From: a virus
Lineage: Duplodnaviria > Caudoviricetes
DNA: 44,215 bases
Virus record (IMG/VR): IMGVR_UViG_3300048599_000177
Location: 1-44,215 of that record
Direction: 5' to 3' (one strand)
Below are positions 33,550 through 43,516 of the stretch, in pieces. A program made the position numbers and the translations under genes. The notes under the pieces were generated by a model. The model was not told the origin of the DNA. It made no database searches and worked only from the letters and a program-made list of their open reading frames with translations. Position 1 is the first letter of the stretch. Every line of letters starts with the position of its first letter.

Positions 33550-36500
33550 CGACGCGGTCGGTGGCCTGTACCTCGCTGTCGGGATCGACGGCGATGCTGC
33601 ACTGCGCGAGGCGCGTCAGCTCCACGAGGAGATGGCGCGCATCGCGCGGCAGATCACCGAGATCGGCAAGGGCGCATCCCTCAAGCCGCTCGCCAACCAG
33701 CTCGCGCAGGTCCAGCAGCAGGCGAAGGCCGCGGCCGTCTCCGCCGCCGGCGGCGGCCAGTCGGGGTCGAACGACCTGCAGCGCATGCTCGCCGACCAGC
33801 GGCGCGCGCTCGCGGACATCCAGGCGCAGCGTGCGGCTGCGTCGAAGGCCGCCGCGGACGCGACGGCGCTCGAGAACCGCGTCACGATCGAGAGCATCGC
33901 CCAGCAGGCCGTGGCGCGTCAGCGGGCCGCCCAGGAGGCCGCAGCGGCCCAGGCGCGCCTGTCGCAGATGACGATGGCGGACCTGCAGCGCGAGATCGCC
34001 GCCACGTCCCGGGCGGCCGACGCCCAGGTCAAGGCGGCGCAGCGCACCGCCCAGGAGGGCATCGCCGCGTCGAACCGCACGACGAACGTGATCGAGCAGA
34101 ACCGGCTCCGCGAGGTGCGCGCCGCCGAGCAGGCCGCGCGCCGCGAGGCCGCCGCAGCGAAGAAGGCCGCCCAGGAGGCCGCCCGGGCGCGACGGGCAGC
34201 CCTGCCGACGTCGGCCGCTCTCGGCGCCAGCGCCCAGGAGTTGTTCGTCGGTCTCGGTGCTGCGCGGTCGGGCAACTACTTCTACGGCCTGGCCGCCGGC
34301 GCGCGTTACGCGAAGAACCTCACGTCGGCATTCTCCGGCATGGGTGTCGCCGCGGGCATCGCCGCCGGCGCGATCGGCCTGACCGTGGCCGCCGTCGGTG
34401 CGCTCGGCGTCGGCGTCACAGCCATCGGCTACAAGCTCGCCGCCTTCGGCGAGGAGACAGCCGCGTCGTTCGAGATGCTCAAGATCCAGCTCTCCGGCCT
34501 CCTCGGCTCCACGAAGGCCGGCGCCGAGGAGATGAAGTTCCTCCTCAACCTCGGCAAGGAAGCGACCGTCCCCACCGAGTCGCTCATCCAGGCGGACCGG
34601 CTCATGCTCGCGTTCGGCGTCAACGTGACCAGCGTCCGCCGCAAGCTCGTCGAGTTCATGGCCGACTTCGGCACCGCGACCGGCGCCACCCAGGAGCAGG
34701 TCTACTTCCTGTCCCTCGCGCTCGGCCAGGTCGCCTCCGCCGGCAAGGCGAACACCGTCGACATGCGCCAGCTCGCGAACGCCGGCATCAACACGATGGG
34801 CGTCTACAAGATCATCGGCCGCGAGATCGGCCTGTCCGCCCAGGAGGTCTCGGCCAAGGTCAAGGAAGGCATCATCACGGCCGACCGCCTGTTCCCGGCG
34901 CTCGAGAAGTACGGCGCGAAGTTCCAGAAGACCGCCGACGCCGCCCGGAAGTCGACGATCGGGCTCATCTCGAACATCAAGGACACGATCACCACGAACC
35001 TCGGTGTCGCCTTCGAGACGGTGAACAAGCGGATCGCCGGCGTGCTGCAGGGGATCATGGACCTGCTGCCCCGCATCAACTTCGCGAACATCTCGGCCGC
35101 CGTCAACAACGTGCTCTCGATGATCTCGGGCCAGTTCGGCACCGCGAAGGCGTCGGGTGACGCCTTCGTCACGTTCATGAACACGACCCTCCCGCAGGCC
35201 ATCAACACCGTCGGGGCTGGAGTGGCGGACACCGTCCGGCAGTTCAAGCTCTGGTGGGCGGTCGCGCAGCAGGTCGGGGCGGCAATCCAGACGTCGTTCT
35301 ACCTCGTCGCCCATGCGGTGCTCGAGGTCGCTGAGGGCGTCCTCAACGCGCAGTCGGCGATGACATTCGGCCTGAGCGACTTGACCGACTCGGCCATCTT
35401 CGGCATTCGGGACAAGCTCAACGCTGCGCAGGTGTCGATTGACACGGCGGGCGCCGCAGCGCTGGACCGCATGGTCAAGCTCAACGACGAAGTCAACTCC
35501 CTGTGGAACCAGCCGGCATACAAGCCGCTCTACCTCGCGCAGGTTCCGATCGGGCCCGTGATGGATGGCTGGGCCGCGAAGTACCAGAAGCCGGCCGCGA
35601 CGCCGACTGTTCCCCACATCGCGACGCCGCTGCCGTCCGGAGGCGGTAAGGGCGGCGGCACGAAGACCGACCCCGAGCTCGAGCGACTCAAGAAGTGGCT
35701 CGAGCAGGTCAAGGATCTCGTGTCGACTGCGAAGGACGCGTCGAAGACGCTGTACGACGACCTGCGGCGGCCGTTCGCGAAGCTCCGTCCGACGGTGCAG
35801 TCCGAGCTGCAGCAGGCGTTCACCTCCGGCGACGCCGAGACCGTCATCACCCAGTTCGAGAAGACCCGGGACGCGATCCGCGAGATGTTCGCGCCGCTCG
35901 AGTCGAAGGAGCTGAACAAGTCGGCGTCGTCGCGCAAGGCCGCGGTCCGCCTGCGCAAGCAGTACATCGCCGAGCTGCAGAAGTCGACCGGCGAGCTGGT
36001 GAAGCTGGCCGAGGCGGACCGCGTCGCCCAGGCGACGTTCGACGAGATCGAGAAGCAGGTCACCGCCGCCCAGGCCGACATCGAGAAGCGCCGGACCGCG
36101 CTGGCCGCCCAGTACGCGGCCCAGCAGAAGGTCATCACCCGCCAGTTCGACTCGTACTACGAGGCGACGAGCGCCACTCAGGGCCGGTTCGTGAAGGGCG
36201 CGATCGACACGGCCCAGGCCGCCCTCGACGCCGCGACCACCGCGTACGAGGCTGCGCGCGACAAGCTCGACGAGCTCAAGGCGGCCCGGGACGACTACCT
36301 GTCCTCGCTGGCCGACACGGTCCGGTCCTACGTCAACGACCTGTCGAACGTGACGAAGGAGATCGAGCGCTACACCCGGCTCGACAACGTCGGGTCATTC
36401 TCGATGGTCACCGAGTCGCAGGCGTCCGTCGCGTCGTTCAAGGCGTCGCTGACGGAGCGGCTCGAGGCGCTCAAGAAGTGGCGCACCGACGTCGCGACGC

Positions 36501-37387
36501 TCCTGGCCGGCGGCCTGGACTCCACGCTGCTCAAGGATCTCGTGGCGCAGGGGCCGGAGGCGACGAAGGATCTCGTCGGCTCGCTGGCCGGCGCGTCGTC
36601 GGACGAGATCGCGCAGATCAACGCCCTGCAGTCCCAGCTCTCCGAGCAGATCACCGGCATGCAGAAGGAAGCGTCGGCGAAGTGGTTCGACGCCGGCATC
36701 GCCGCGCAGGAGGCGTTCACCGCGCCCCTCAAGGCGGCGATGGACGCCGCGCAGGCCCAGGTCGATGCGCTGAACCAGCAGAAGGATCTCGCGCTCGGCG
36801 TGCTCGAGGCGTGGAACGCCGAGCAGACCGAGCTCCTGGACGCCCAGCAGGCCGAGCAGGACGCGCGCCTGGCGACGGCCCAGGCGACGCTGAACGCGAC
36901 CCTCGAGGCGAACAAGGCGAAGGCGACGACGATCGCGAACGCGATCCAGAAGACCCTGGGCACGCTGCCGGGGCACGCGGTCGCCATGGGCATCGACACG
37001 ATCCAGGGCCTCATCGACGGCCTCGAGTCGAAGAAGCCGGAGCTGCTGGCCGCGGCGCGGAAGATCGCCGAGGAGGTCCGGTCGACGATCGCGAGCGCCC
37101 TGGACATCCACTCGCCGCCGCCGTGGGCGATCGAGATGGGTGGCGACATCTCGACGGGCCTGGCGATGGGCATGGAGGGCTCCCTGGACCGGATTGCGGT
37201 CGCGTCGGACGCGATGGCCGCAGCGGCCGTGCCGAGCGTGAACGCAGCCTCGCCGAGCGCCCTGACGTTCGCGCCGGGCATCACGGTGAAGATCGGCGAC
37301 CGCGAGCTCATCGACATCGTCGACGTCCAGATCGAGCAGCGCGACGCGGAGTCGCTGAGCTACGTACTCGCGGGACGGCGGCGCTGA
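33542..37387 (+). CDS. Tape measure protein
   Basis: 1281 aa, Ala-rich and helical; tape-measure domain (ALGQV.S.GK....DM.QL); C-terminal LDIHSP. Confidence 0.95.
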   Translation: MASDAVGGLYLAVGIDGDAALREARQLHEEMARIARQITEIGKGASLKPLANQLAQVQQQAKAAAVSAAGGGQSGSNDLQRMLADQRRALADIQAQRAAASKAAADATALENRVTIESIAQQAVARQRAAQEAAAAQARLSQMTMADLQREIAATSRAADAQVKAAQRTAQEGIAASNRTTNVIEQNRLREVRAAEQAARREAAAAKKAAQEAARARRAALPTSAALGASAQELFVGLGAARSGNYFYGLAAGARYAKNLTSAFSGMGVAAGIAAGAIGLTVAAVGALGVGVTAIGYKLAAFGEETAASFEMLKIQLSGLLGSTKAGAEEMKFLLNLGKEATVPTESLIQADRLMLAFGVNVTSVRRKLVEFMADFGTATGATQEQVYFLSLALGQVASAGKANTVDMRQLANAGINTMGVYKIIGREIGLSAQEVSAKVKEGIITADRLFPALEKYGAKFQKTADAARKSTIGLISNIKDTITTNLGVAFETVNKRIAGVLQGIMDLLPRINFANISAAVNNVLSMISGQFGTAKASGDAFVTFMNTTLPQAINTVGAGVADTVRQFKLWWAVAQQVGAAIQTSFYLVAHAVLEVAEGVLNAQSAMTFGLSDLTDSAIFGIRDKLNAAQVSIDTAGAAALDRMVKLNDEVNSLWNQPAYKPLYLAQVPIGPVMDGWAAKYQKPAATPTVPHIATPLPSGGGKGGGTKTDPELERLKKWLEQVKDLVSTAKDASKTLYDDLRRPFAKLRPTVQSELQQAFTSGDAETVITQFEKTRDAIREMFAPLESKELNKSASSRKAAVRLRKQYIAELQKSTGELVKLAEADRVAQATFDEIEKQVTAAQADIEKRRTALAAQYAAQQKVITRQFDSYYEATSATQGRFVKGAIDTAQAALDAATTAYEAARDKLDELKAARDDYLSSLADTVRSYVNDLSNVTKEIERYTRLDNVGSFSMVTESQASVASFKASLTERLEALKKWRTDVATLLAGGLDSTLLKDLVAQGPEATKDLVGSLAGASSDEIAQINALQSQLSEQITGMQKEASAKWFDAGIAAQEAFTAPLKAAMDAAQAQVDALNQQKDLALGVLEAWNAEQTELLDAQQAEQDARLATAQATLNATLEANKAKATTIANAIQKTLGTLPGHAVAMGIDTIQGLIDGLESKKPELLAAARKIAEEVRSTIASALDIHSPPPWAIEMGGDISTGLAMGMEGSLDRIAVASDAMAAAAVPSVNAASPSALTFAPGITVKIGDRELIDIVDVQIEQRDAESLSYVLAGRRR

Positions 37388-37388
37388 C

Positions 37389-38174
37389 ATGGCACTCGAC
37401 ACGGTGACGTTGACGGCCACGATCGGCGGTTCCGGGCGGTGGGTGCTGCTCACCGTCGACGCGCCCGGCATGACCCAGGGCACGGTGTATCGGGTCAGCG
37501 CCGACGGCAAGCAGGCGGTGCGAGGCGCGTTCGAGAAGGACGCGGAGGACACGCTGATCGCCGCGGACTACGAGATGCCGCAGAACAAGGCGCTCACCTA
37601 CGTCGCGAGCGTCACCGACGGCATCGAGACCCGCGAGTCGGCGCTCGTCACCGTCGACGGCGTCATCGACCGCGGCGCTGACGTGCTGTTCGGGCTGACG
37701 AACCCGCTCGCCTGGGTTCCTGTCGTCGTTCGGCGGGCGCCGAGTTTCACGCGCAAGGCTCGTCGGGACATCGTCGAGATCCAGGGGCGCCCGGACCCGG
37801 TAGCCGTGAGCGACGTGCGCCTGTACCCGTCCGGCACCCTGCCGCTCGCGACGCTGGACGATGCCGGCCGCATCGCCATGACGCAGCTCCTCGACTCGGG
37901 GGCGATCATCGCGTTCAGCCCGCGGCGGCCGACCTACGGCTTCGACGACGTCTGGTACCTGTCGGTCGGCGACGTCGATATGACGCCGTACACGGATCGC
38001 GGCTACCACGACGAGCGCCAGTGGGACCTCCCGGTGCAGCGGGTCGCTCCCCCGCCGGCGACGTTCGTCGGACCCGCGTTCGCGACCTGGCAGGCGGACC
38101 TCGACGAGGGGCTCACGGAGGGTCAGTACCTCGCGAGCGGCCGCACCTGGCTCGACCTCATGGTCGGTGCGTGA
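37389..38174 (+). CDS. Minor tail protein (distal-tail-like)
   Basis: DYE.P, I.GR.DPV..SD.R; follows the tape measure gene. Confidence 0.75.
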   Translation: MALDTVTLTATIGGSGRWVLLTVDAPGMTQGTVYRVSADGKQAVRGAFEKDAEDTLIAADYEMPQNKALTYVASVTDGIETRESALVTVDGVIDRGADVLFGLTNPLAWVPVVVRRAPSFTRKARRDIVEIQGRPDPVAVSDVRLYPSGTLPLATLDDAGRIAMTQLLDSGAIIAFSPRRPTYGFDDVWYLSVGDVDMTPYTDRGYHDERQWDLPVQRVAPPPATFVGPAFATWQADLDEGLTEGQYLASGRTWLDLMVGA

Positions 38175-39412
38175 TGCTGACCGCGACCCCGAAGTTCCAC
38201 GCCCACCTGCGCATGTCGCACTCGGTCACCTGCCGCGCCGGACTGTGGCTGCCGGGTGAGGACGGCGCCTACGAGTTCCAGGGCTACCTCGGCGTGGCCG
38301 GCGGCGAGCTGTCGATCGACTGGACCCGACAGATCCGTCGCCAGGTGACGCGGCTCATCTTGTCGACGCTCGAGTCGACGATCGCCAACCGCTTCGCCGG
38401 CCCTGCTGCGCGTTCCTACGTCGAGTCGCTCACGACGCAGTCCGCGGAGCTGACGATCGAGTGGGGCCTGCGGTACCCGGACGGGGACGAGTGGGTGCAG
38501 ATCGCTCGGCTGCGCGTCGAGGAGTCCGTGCTGTCGGGCACATCCGGTTCGATCGACGTGACCGCGTACGACCCTGCGACCCGGGTCGCCGACTTCGACC
38601 TCGTGACCGTCTACGCGCCGTACGACCTCGAGGGCGCGAAGCTCACCTACCTCGAGGCGATCCAGGATCTCGTCGACACCGCCTACCCGTCGGCGCATCC
38701 CCCGACCTGGCACGTCGACCCGTCGATCGACGACGCGAGCCTGCCGCCGGACGGGACGGCATTCACGGGTGCCCGCTGGGATGCGATCGACTCGCTGGCG
38801 GCCGCGATCGACGCCGAGGTCTACACCGACGCGAACGGCGACTGGTGGGTCGCGCCGATCACCCGCTCCACGGCGGCCGTGTGGCTCGCGAACGCCGGGC
38901 AGGACGGCGTCCTCGTCGACGACTCCACACGGTTCAGCCGGCGGGAGCAGTACAACGCGGTCGCGATCCGCTGGGAGAACCCGACGAACGGTGGCGGCCT
39001 CGTCTTCCTCGTCGACGCCGATCCGACGTCGCCGACCTACTACGACGGGCCGTTCGGCCGCAAGCCGCGCCCCGAGGAGACCGTCGCGACGATCACCACC
39101 GAGGAGCAGGCCATCGCCTACGCGACCTCAGTGCTCGGCCGGTACACCGGGCGCACGAAGTCGATCGACCTGACGACGCTGCACAACCCGCTCCTCGAGC
39201 CGGGCGACGTCATCGGCGTGCGGCTGCTCAACGGCACGGCCGAGCGGCACATCGTCGACTCGATCCGGCTGCCGTTCGGCGACGGCACCATGACCCTCGC
39301 CACCCGTGTCCTGCAGTCCGGGGTCACCTATGCCGAGGCCGGCGTCGACTACGCCGACGAGCGCTACACGTACCTCGGCGTCCCTCCGCTCGAGGAGGTC
39401 GAGCCGGGGTGA
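38174..39412 (+). CDS. Minor tail / baseplate hub protein
   Basis: RW.AI..LA, YNAV, D.DP.SPT..DGPFG.KP, NP.LEPGD. Confidence 0.8.
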   Translation: MLTATPKFHAHLRMSHSVTCRAGLWLPGEDGAYEFQGYLGVAGGELSIDWTRQIRRQVTRLILSTLESTIANRFAGPAARSYVESLTTQSAELTIEWGLRYPDGDEWVQIARLRVEESVLSGTSGSIDVTAYDPATRVADFDLVTVYAPYDLEGAKLTYLEAIQDLVDTAYPSAHPPTWHVDPSIDDASLPPDGTAFTGARWDAIDSLAAAIDAEVYTDANGDWWVAPITRSTAAVWLANAGQDGVLVDDSTRFSRREQYNAVAIRWENPTNGGGLVFLVDADPTSPTYYDGPFGRKPRPEETVATITTEEQAIAYATSVLGRYTGRTKSIDLTTLHNPLLEPGDVIGVRLLNGTAERHIVDSIRLPFGDGTMTLATRVLQSGVTYAEAGVDYADERYTYLGVPPLEEVEPG

Positions 39413-39666
39413 ACCGACGAGACCCGAACCTCCTCCTCGACGCCGCGGCTCGAGCGGCCGCGGCCACCGCAGTCCAGGCGACCGCGACGCTGCGCTTCGG
39501 TGTCGTCACCGCGGTCGACACCGAAACCGGGACCGTCACGGTTCTGCTGGCCGGCGTCGAGGTGCCGGGGATCCCCTGCATGGGCTCATACGACGACGCA
39601 GCCGTCGACGACGTCGCGTGGCTGCTGCACCAGACCTCCACTCTCATCGCGATCGGAAGGGCATAG
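39409..39666 (+). CDS. Small tail spike-like protein
   Basis: G.VTAV...TV.V OB-like pattern; GTG at 39409. Confidence 0.6.
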   Translation: MNRRDPNLLLDAAARAAAATAVQATATLRFGVVTAVDTETGTVTVLLAGVEVPGIPCMGSYDDAAVDDVAWLLHQTSTLIAIGRA

Positions 39667-39668
39667 CC

Positions 39669-40613
39669 ATGGGCGACTACACCCCGGACGGGTCGAGCCT
39701 TGTGTTCGACGTTCCCGAGTACAGCGACGTCCGGGACGGTCCGTCGATGCTCAAGGCGTTCGCCGATTCGATCGCGCCGGCGATCGACGGCAAGGTGAGC
39801 ATCACGCCGACACAGAACGCCCAGTCATCCGGCGATTACGTGTTCACCTCGGGTGACGTGTCTGCCATCGTCATCGCCGGAGACGACGACCCAGCGACGT
39901 TCACGATCCCCCCGCAGGCGTCGGTCGCATGGCCGGCCCGGGCGATCCTGTGCGTGGTCAGCGCGAGCGACGACGCGGTCACGATCGCCGCTGGTAGCGG
40001 CGTGACGTTCACGAACGGTAGTTCGGTCGTGCTGTCGAAGGGCGAGTCGGCCAACGCTATTCGCACGGGCGTCGATGAGTGGCTCGTCACGAAGGGCGGT
40101 GGTGGGCTCCCAAAAGCCGTCGTTAGCGGCGGCACGGAGTCGACGCTGACAAACCCGGACGGCGACGGTAAGAACCACAAGCTCTGCGCGTTCACCGGAA
40201 ACGGCACGCTGACCGTCTCCCGGGAGGGCTACGTGTGGGCCCTCGTCGTGGGTCGGGGCGCTGCCGGCTACAACGGCAAGAAGGGCTCCGGCGGCCGCGT
40301 CGTCGAGGTGAAGGCGCTGTGGCTGGAAGCGGGCACCTACGCCGTGACGGTTCCCGCAGGGGCCACGAACCAGAACGGTGCCGCAGCGTCACTCGGGACG
40401 GTACTGGTGGCCGCTCCGGTTCACATGTCGCCAGACGACGGCTCAGGGGCCGGCGCGACAGTCGCGGGCTCATCGACCGGCCACACATCGACGATCACCG
40501 GCTCGAGCGTCACGTACGCCCGAGCGACAGGCACGTCGACTTACCCCGGCGATGGTGGCCCGAACAGTGGGTCCGTCGTCGGTGGCGTCGTCTACGTCCG
40601 AGCCGAGCTGTAG
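39669..40613 (+). CDS. Minor tail / fibre protein with Gly-rich domain
   Basis: T.T.P...V.IAAGSGVT, FTGNGTLTV, GSGG, G.V.VR. Confidence 0.7.
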   Translation: MGDYTPDGSSLVFDVPEYSDVRDGPSMLKAFADSIAPAIDGKVSITPTQNAQSSGDYVFTSGDVSAIVIAGDDDPATFTIPPQASVAWPARAILCVVSASDDAVTIAAGSGVTFTNGSSVVLSKGESANAIRTGVDEWLVTKGGGGLPKAVVSGGTESTLTNPDGDGKNHKLCAFTGNGTLTVSREGYVWALVVGRGAAGYNGKKGSGGRVVEVKALWLEAGTYAVTVPAGATNQNGAAASLGTVLVAAPVHMSPDDGSGAGATVAGSSTGHTSTITGSSVTYARATGTSTYPGDGGPNSGSVVGGVVYVRAEL

Positions 40614-40623
40614 GAGGCGACCC

Positions 40624-41736
40624 ATGGCATCCGACTACCCCGCGAACTACGACGAGCTCGGCCTTCCCGGGCCGACGGACAAGCTCGACGACCCGGACGT
40701 CCAGCACGACCAGGAGCACGTCGCCGTCGCCGAAGCCGCGATGGCGACGCAGCACGCCCTCGGCCTGAACCCGCAGGGCGGCTACCCGACCGTCCGGGCA
40801 CGCCTGGACGCCCTCGAGGAGTCGGGCGGCGGGACCGGCGGCGATGGCGAGTTCCTGCCGATCGTGAACCCGGCCGCGCGGGGCACCCTGTCGGTTGAGC
40901 CCGAGGAGGGCAGCGAGGACGCCGGCCACCACCGGTACACGGTGCGCGACGAGGACACGTGGGACGAGTTCGCGGTCGACAGTGATGTGACCGCGACTGC
41001 GGATGGCGGGACCCGCGCACGGGGCACGCTCGACGCCCCGACCGCGGTCGAGCTCGGCGACATCCTGCGGTACCTGTGGTGGCGGGAAGGCCACGACGGC
41101 ACGGGCTATTCGATCGCGTCCGTCGCCTACCTACAGGTCGACGACGACGTGTCCGAGGGGATCGTGCCGACGGCTCTCGTGGTGGAGCAGTGCGACGCGG
41201 CCGGGGTGTTCACGGAGACGTTCCGCATCGCGTCCGACGGGACAGTGACCGCCGCAGGGCTGCCCAGCGGCGGCGGCAGCGGAGCGGTCGAACATGTCGC
41301 ACACGGGTCGCTTTCGGGGGCGGCGCCGAGCATCGACGACGTGTTCGACACGAGCACGGGCCTTTGGCGCGTCGTGCTGTCCAACGTCACTGCGGCGACT
41401 GCCGACTACTTCCGCGCCCAGGGCCGCCTGTCCGGTGTGAACGACACCGGCAGTTGCAACATCGTCTACGTCGGCAGCAACATCAACGGGGCGACGACTT
41501 ACGCCGGCATCTTCCTCGGCCGCCTCAACCCGTCGGTCCCGTCGCTGATCGTCATGGAAATCACGAATCCCGCCGCAGCGGTCGGCTCGGTTGTAGCCAT
41601 CAACCAGAGCGGCGCGGCCGTGCAGATCAACAGCGCGAACACGCCGGCGAACATCTATGACGGGCTCGGGTTCTTCACTGACAGTGGGTATGTCATCTCC
41701 GCTGACTACGACGTCTTCAAGATCGCGCAGTCCTAA
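40624..41736 (+). CDS. Minor tail / putative receptor-binding protein
   Basis: S.YP...D, A...LG.NP.G...TV.ARL N-terminal anchor; beta-rich C-terminus. Confidence 0.65.
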   Translation: MASDYPANYDELGLPGPTDKLDDPDVQHDQEHVAVAEAAMATQHALGLNPQGGYPTVRARLDALEESGGGTGGDGEFLPIVNPAARGTLSVEPEEGSEDAGHHRYTVRDEDTWDEFAVDSDVTATADGGTRARGTLDAPTAVELGDILRYLWWREGHDGTGYSIASVAYLQVDDDVSEGIVPTALVVEQCDAAGVFTETFRIASDGTVTAAGLPSGGGSGAVEHVAHGSLSGAAPSIDDVFDTSTGLWRVVLSNVTAATADYFRAQGRLSGVNDTGSCNIVYVGSNINGATTYAGIFLGRLNPSVPSLIVMEITNPAAAVGSVVAINQSGAAVQINSANTPANIYDGLGFFTDSGYVISADYDVFKIAQS

Positions 41737-42173
41737 TGCAGCGCATTCTCGCCTCGTTCTTCGACACGGCTGGCAACGGTTTCGACGGCGACGACTACGT
41801 CCGGGTGGGCCTCATCGTCGCCACGACGAGCGCATTGATCGCCGTGTTCTGGCGGCAGCTCGGCGGGCGACGCCTATGGCTGCGGATTCGTCGCAAGGCC
41901 GACGTCGAGGCCGAGTCGTACATCGCCCGCATCGTCGTCGCCAAGATCGACGAGCTGAAGAACGAACTCCACGCACGCACCGAGACGATCCAGCCCGGGT
42001 CGAACAGCGGCGAGTCCCTGAGCGACAACAACCGGCTCACCGAGTGGATCGTCGCCGTGCTCGAGATCCTCGTCCACCACTCCGGGCTCAGCTCGGCGGA
42101 CATCCCCCCGAAGCCGGACACCCGGCACAGCGCGCGCACGCGCTCCACCGATCACCCCAACCACGAGGAGTAG
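41736..42173 (+). CDS. Membrane protein of the lysis region
   Basis: One transmembrane segment, then coiled coil and NSG.SL.D. Confidence 0.65.
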   Translation: MQRILASFFDTAGNGFDGDDYVRVGLIVATTSALIAVFWRQLGGRRLWLRIRRKADVEAESYIARIVVAKIDELKNELHARTETIQPGSNSGESLSDNNRLTEWIVAVLEILVHHSGLSSADIPPKPDTRHSARTRSTDHPNHEE

Positions 42174-42176
42174 GTC

Positions 42177-42428
42177 ATGTCCACCGCCCGGAACCCGATC
42201 CCCAGCCGCATCCGTGGCTGGCTGCTCGTCGTCGCGATCGTCACCGCCGCCGAGACTGCGGCCGTCGTCGCGATCCTGCAGGGCGTCGAGGCGCCCGCCT
42301 GGGTCGTCACCGCCGTCACGGCGCAGTTCGCGGCCGTCCCCACCGTCGCGGCCGCGCTGTCTCGAGCGAACCTCACGCTCGACCACGCGGAGCGCAGCCA
42401 CGACACCGACGGGGACGCCGCGACATGA
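42177..42428 (+). CDS. Putative holin
   Basis: 83 aa, two transmembrane segments, IP..IR..L N-terminus and A.AN C-terminus. Confidence 0.7.
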   Translation: MSTARNPIPSRIRGWLLVVAIVTAAETAAVVAILQGVEAPAWVVTAVTAQFAAVPTVAAALSRANLTLDHAERSHDTDGDAAT

Positions 42429-43321
42429 TCGGCCTCAACCCGAGCCGGGTGGACGTGGAGTGGCCCACCGAGGCCACCCATATCCGCCTATGGGATATCG
42501 GCGTCGCGTGGTGCGAGATCCACCACGGGCCCGGACAGTACGACTGGTCCCGCCTCGACGAGCTCGTCGAGCGCTGCGGCGACCGGCACGTCACGTACGT
42601 CGTCGCCGGCACGCCCCGATGGCTGGCCCGCGACCCGAACGCCCCGCACGCCGCGCCGTGGCTCGGGCCAGGGTCGAACAGCACGCCATGGAGCGTCGAC
42701 GCGTTCGAGCAGTTCATGAAGACGCTCGTCCGCCGCTACCGGGGCCGCATCGACGCCTACGAGATCGGCAACGAGCCGCAGCTCGTCGACTTCCTGCACC
42801 CGTACGACAACGCCTCCGTCAACGCCCTCGCGACGATGACGCAGCGGGCCTACTCCGTCGTCCGACGGCACGACTCGGCCGCGATGACGCTCGCCGCCTC
42901 CGTGCTCCCCCGCGCCTCGAGCGGCGGCATGACGCGGGCCCGGCGGTGGCTGGACGCGCTCGAGCGCAAGGGCTGGCCGATCGACGCGTTCACCACGCAC
43001 ATCTACCCCGAGGTCGGCCAGGGCGTGCAGCGGTGGGCGGCGATGCTGCAGGACGTCGTCTCGACGCTCGCCGCCCAGCGGCCACCGACGAGGCGCCTGT
43101 GGATCACGGAGACGACGTTCGGCCTGCTCGGTCCAGGCATTCCCGAGGCCCAGGCCGCCGCGCTGGCCGCCGGCGCCATGGACGCCGCCGGCGGCCGCTT
43201 CGTCCACTGGTACGCGTGGGATCGGCCCGACTTGGGCGGTCTGCGCATCGGACCCGACAGCGCCGCGTGGGCGGCGCTGGTCACCCGCGAGAAGGGAGCA
43301 CGACGTGACCGCACAGCCTGA
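42425..43321 (+). CDS. Clan GH-A glycoside hydrolase (GH5/GH39-like)
   Basis: RLWD...W.EI..GPG.YDW..LD, GTP.W, YEIGNEP (acid/base), H.YP, WITE (nucleophile); ATG at 42425. Confidence 0.85.
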   Translation: MIGLNPSRVDVEWPTEATHIRLWDIGVAWCEIHHGPGQYDWSRLDELVERCGDRHVTYVVAGTPRWLARDPNAPHAAPWLGPGSNSTPWSVDAFEQFMKTLVRRYRGRIDAYEIGNEPQLVDFLHPYDNASVNALATMTQRAYSVVRRHDSAAMTLAASVLPRASSGGMTRARRWLDALERKGWPIDAFTTHIYPEVGQGVQRWAAMLQDVVSTLAAQRPPTRRLWITETTFGLLGPGIPEAQAAALAAGAMDAAGGRFVHWYAWDRPDLGGLRIGPDSAAWAALVTREKGARRDRTA

Positions 43322-43403
43322 CGAGGTCGTCGACGACGACCTGGCCGGCATCGACGCGCCGGAGCCGTCGGGCTCCTACGTCGACGAGCCGGGCGACGAG
43401 TGA
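43305..43403 (+). CDS. 32-aa acidic micropeptide
   Basis: GGGAG RBS; VTAQPDEVVDDDLAGIDAPEPSGSYVDEPGDE*. Confidence 0.5.
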   Translation: MTAQPDEVVDDDLAGIDAPEPSGSYVDEPGDE

Positions 43404-43516
43404 TCCCCGACTCGGCAGACCTCTCGATCGAGGGCTGCAACCCGGACGACACCCCGCAGGTGCTCTACCCCTGCCAGGTGATCGCCACCGTCGACACGGA
43501 CGAGGAGGACGCATGA
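43400..43516 (+). CDS. 38-aa acidic micropeptide
   Basis: GTGA overlap upstream and ATGA overlap with the endolysin; VIPDSADLSIEGCNPDDTPQVLYPCQVIATVDTDEEDA*. Confidence 0.5.
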   Translation: MIPDSADLSIEGCNPDDTPQVLYPCQVIATVDTDEEDA

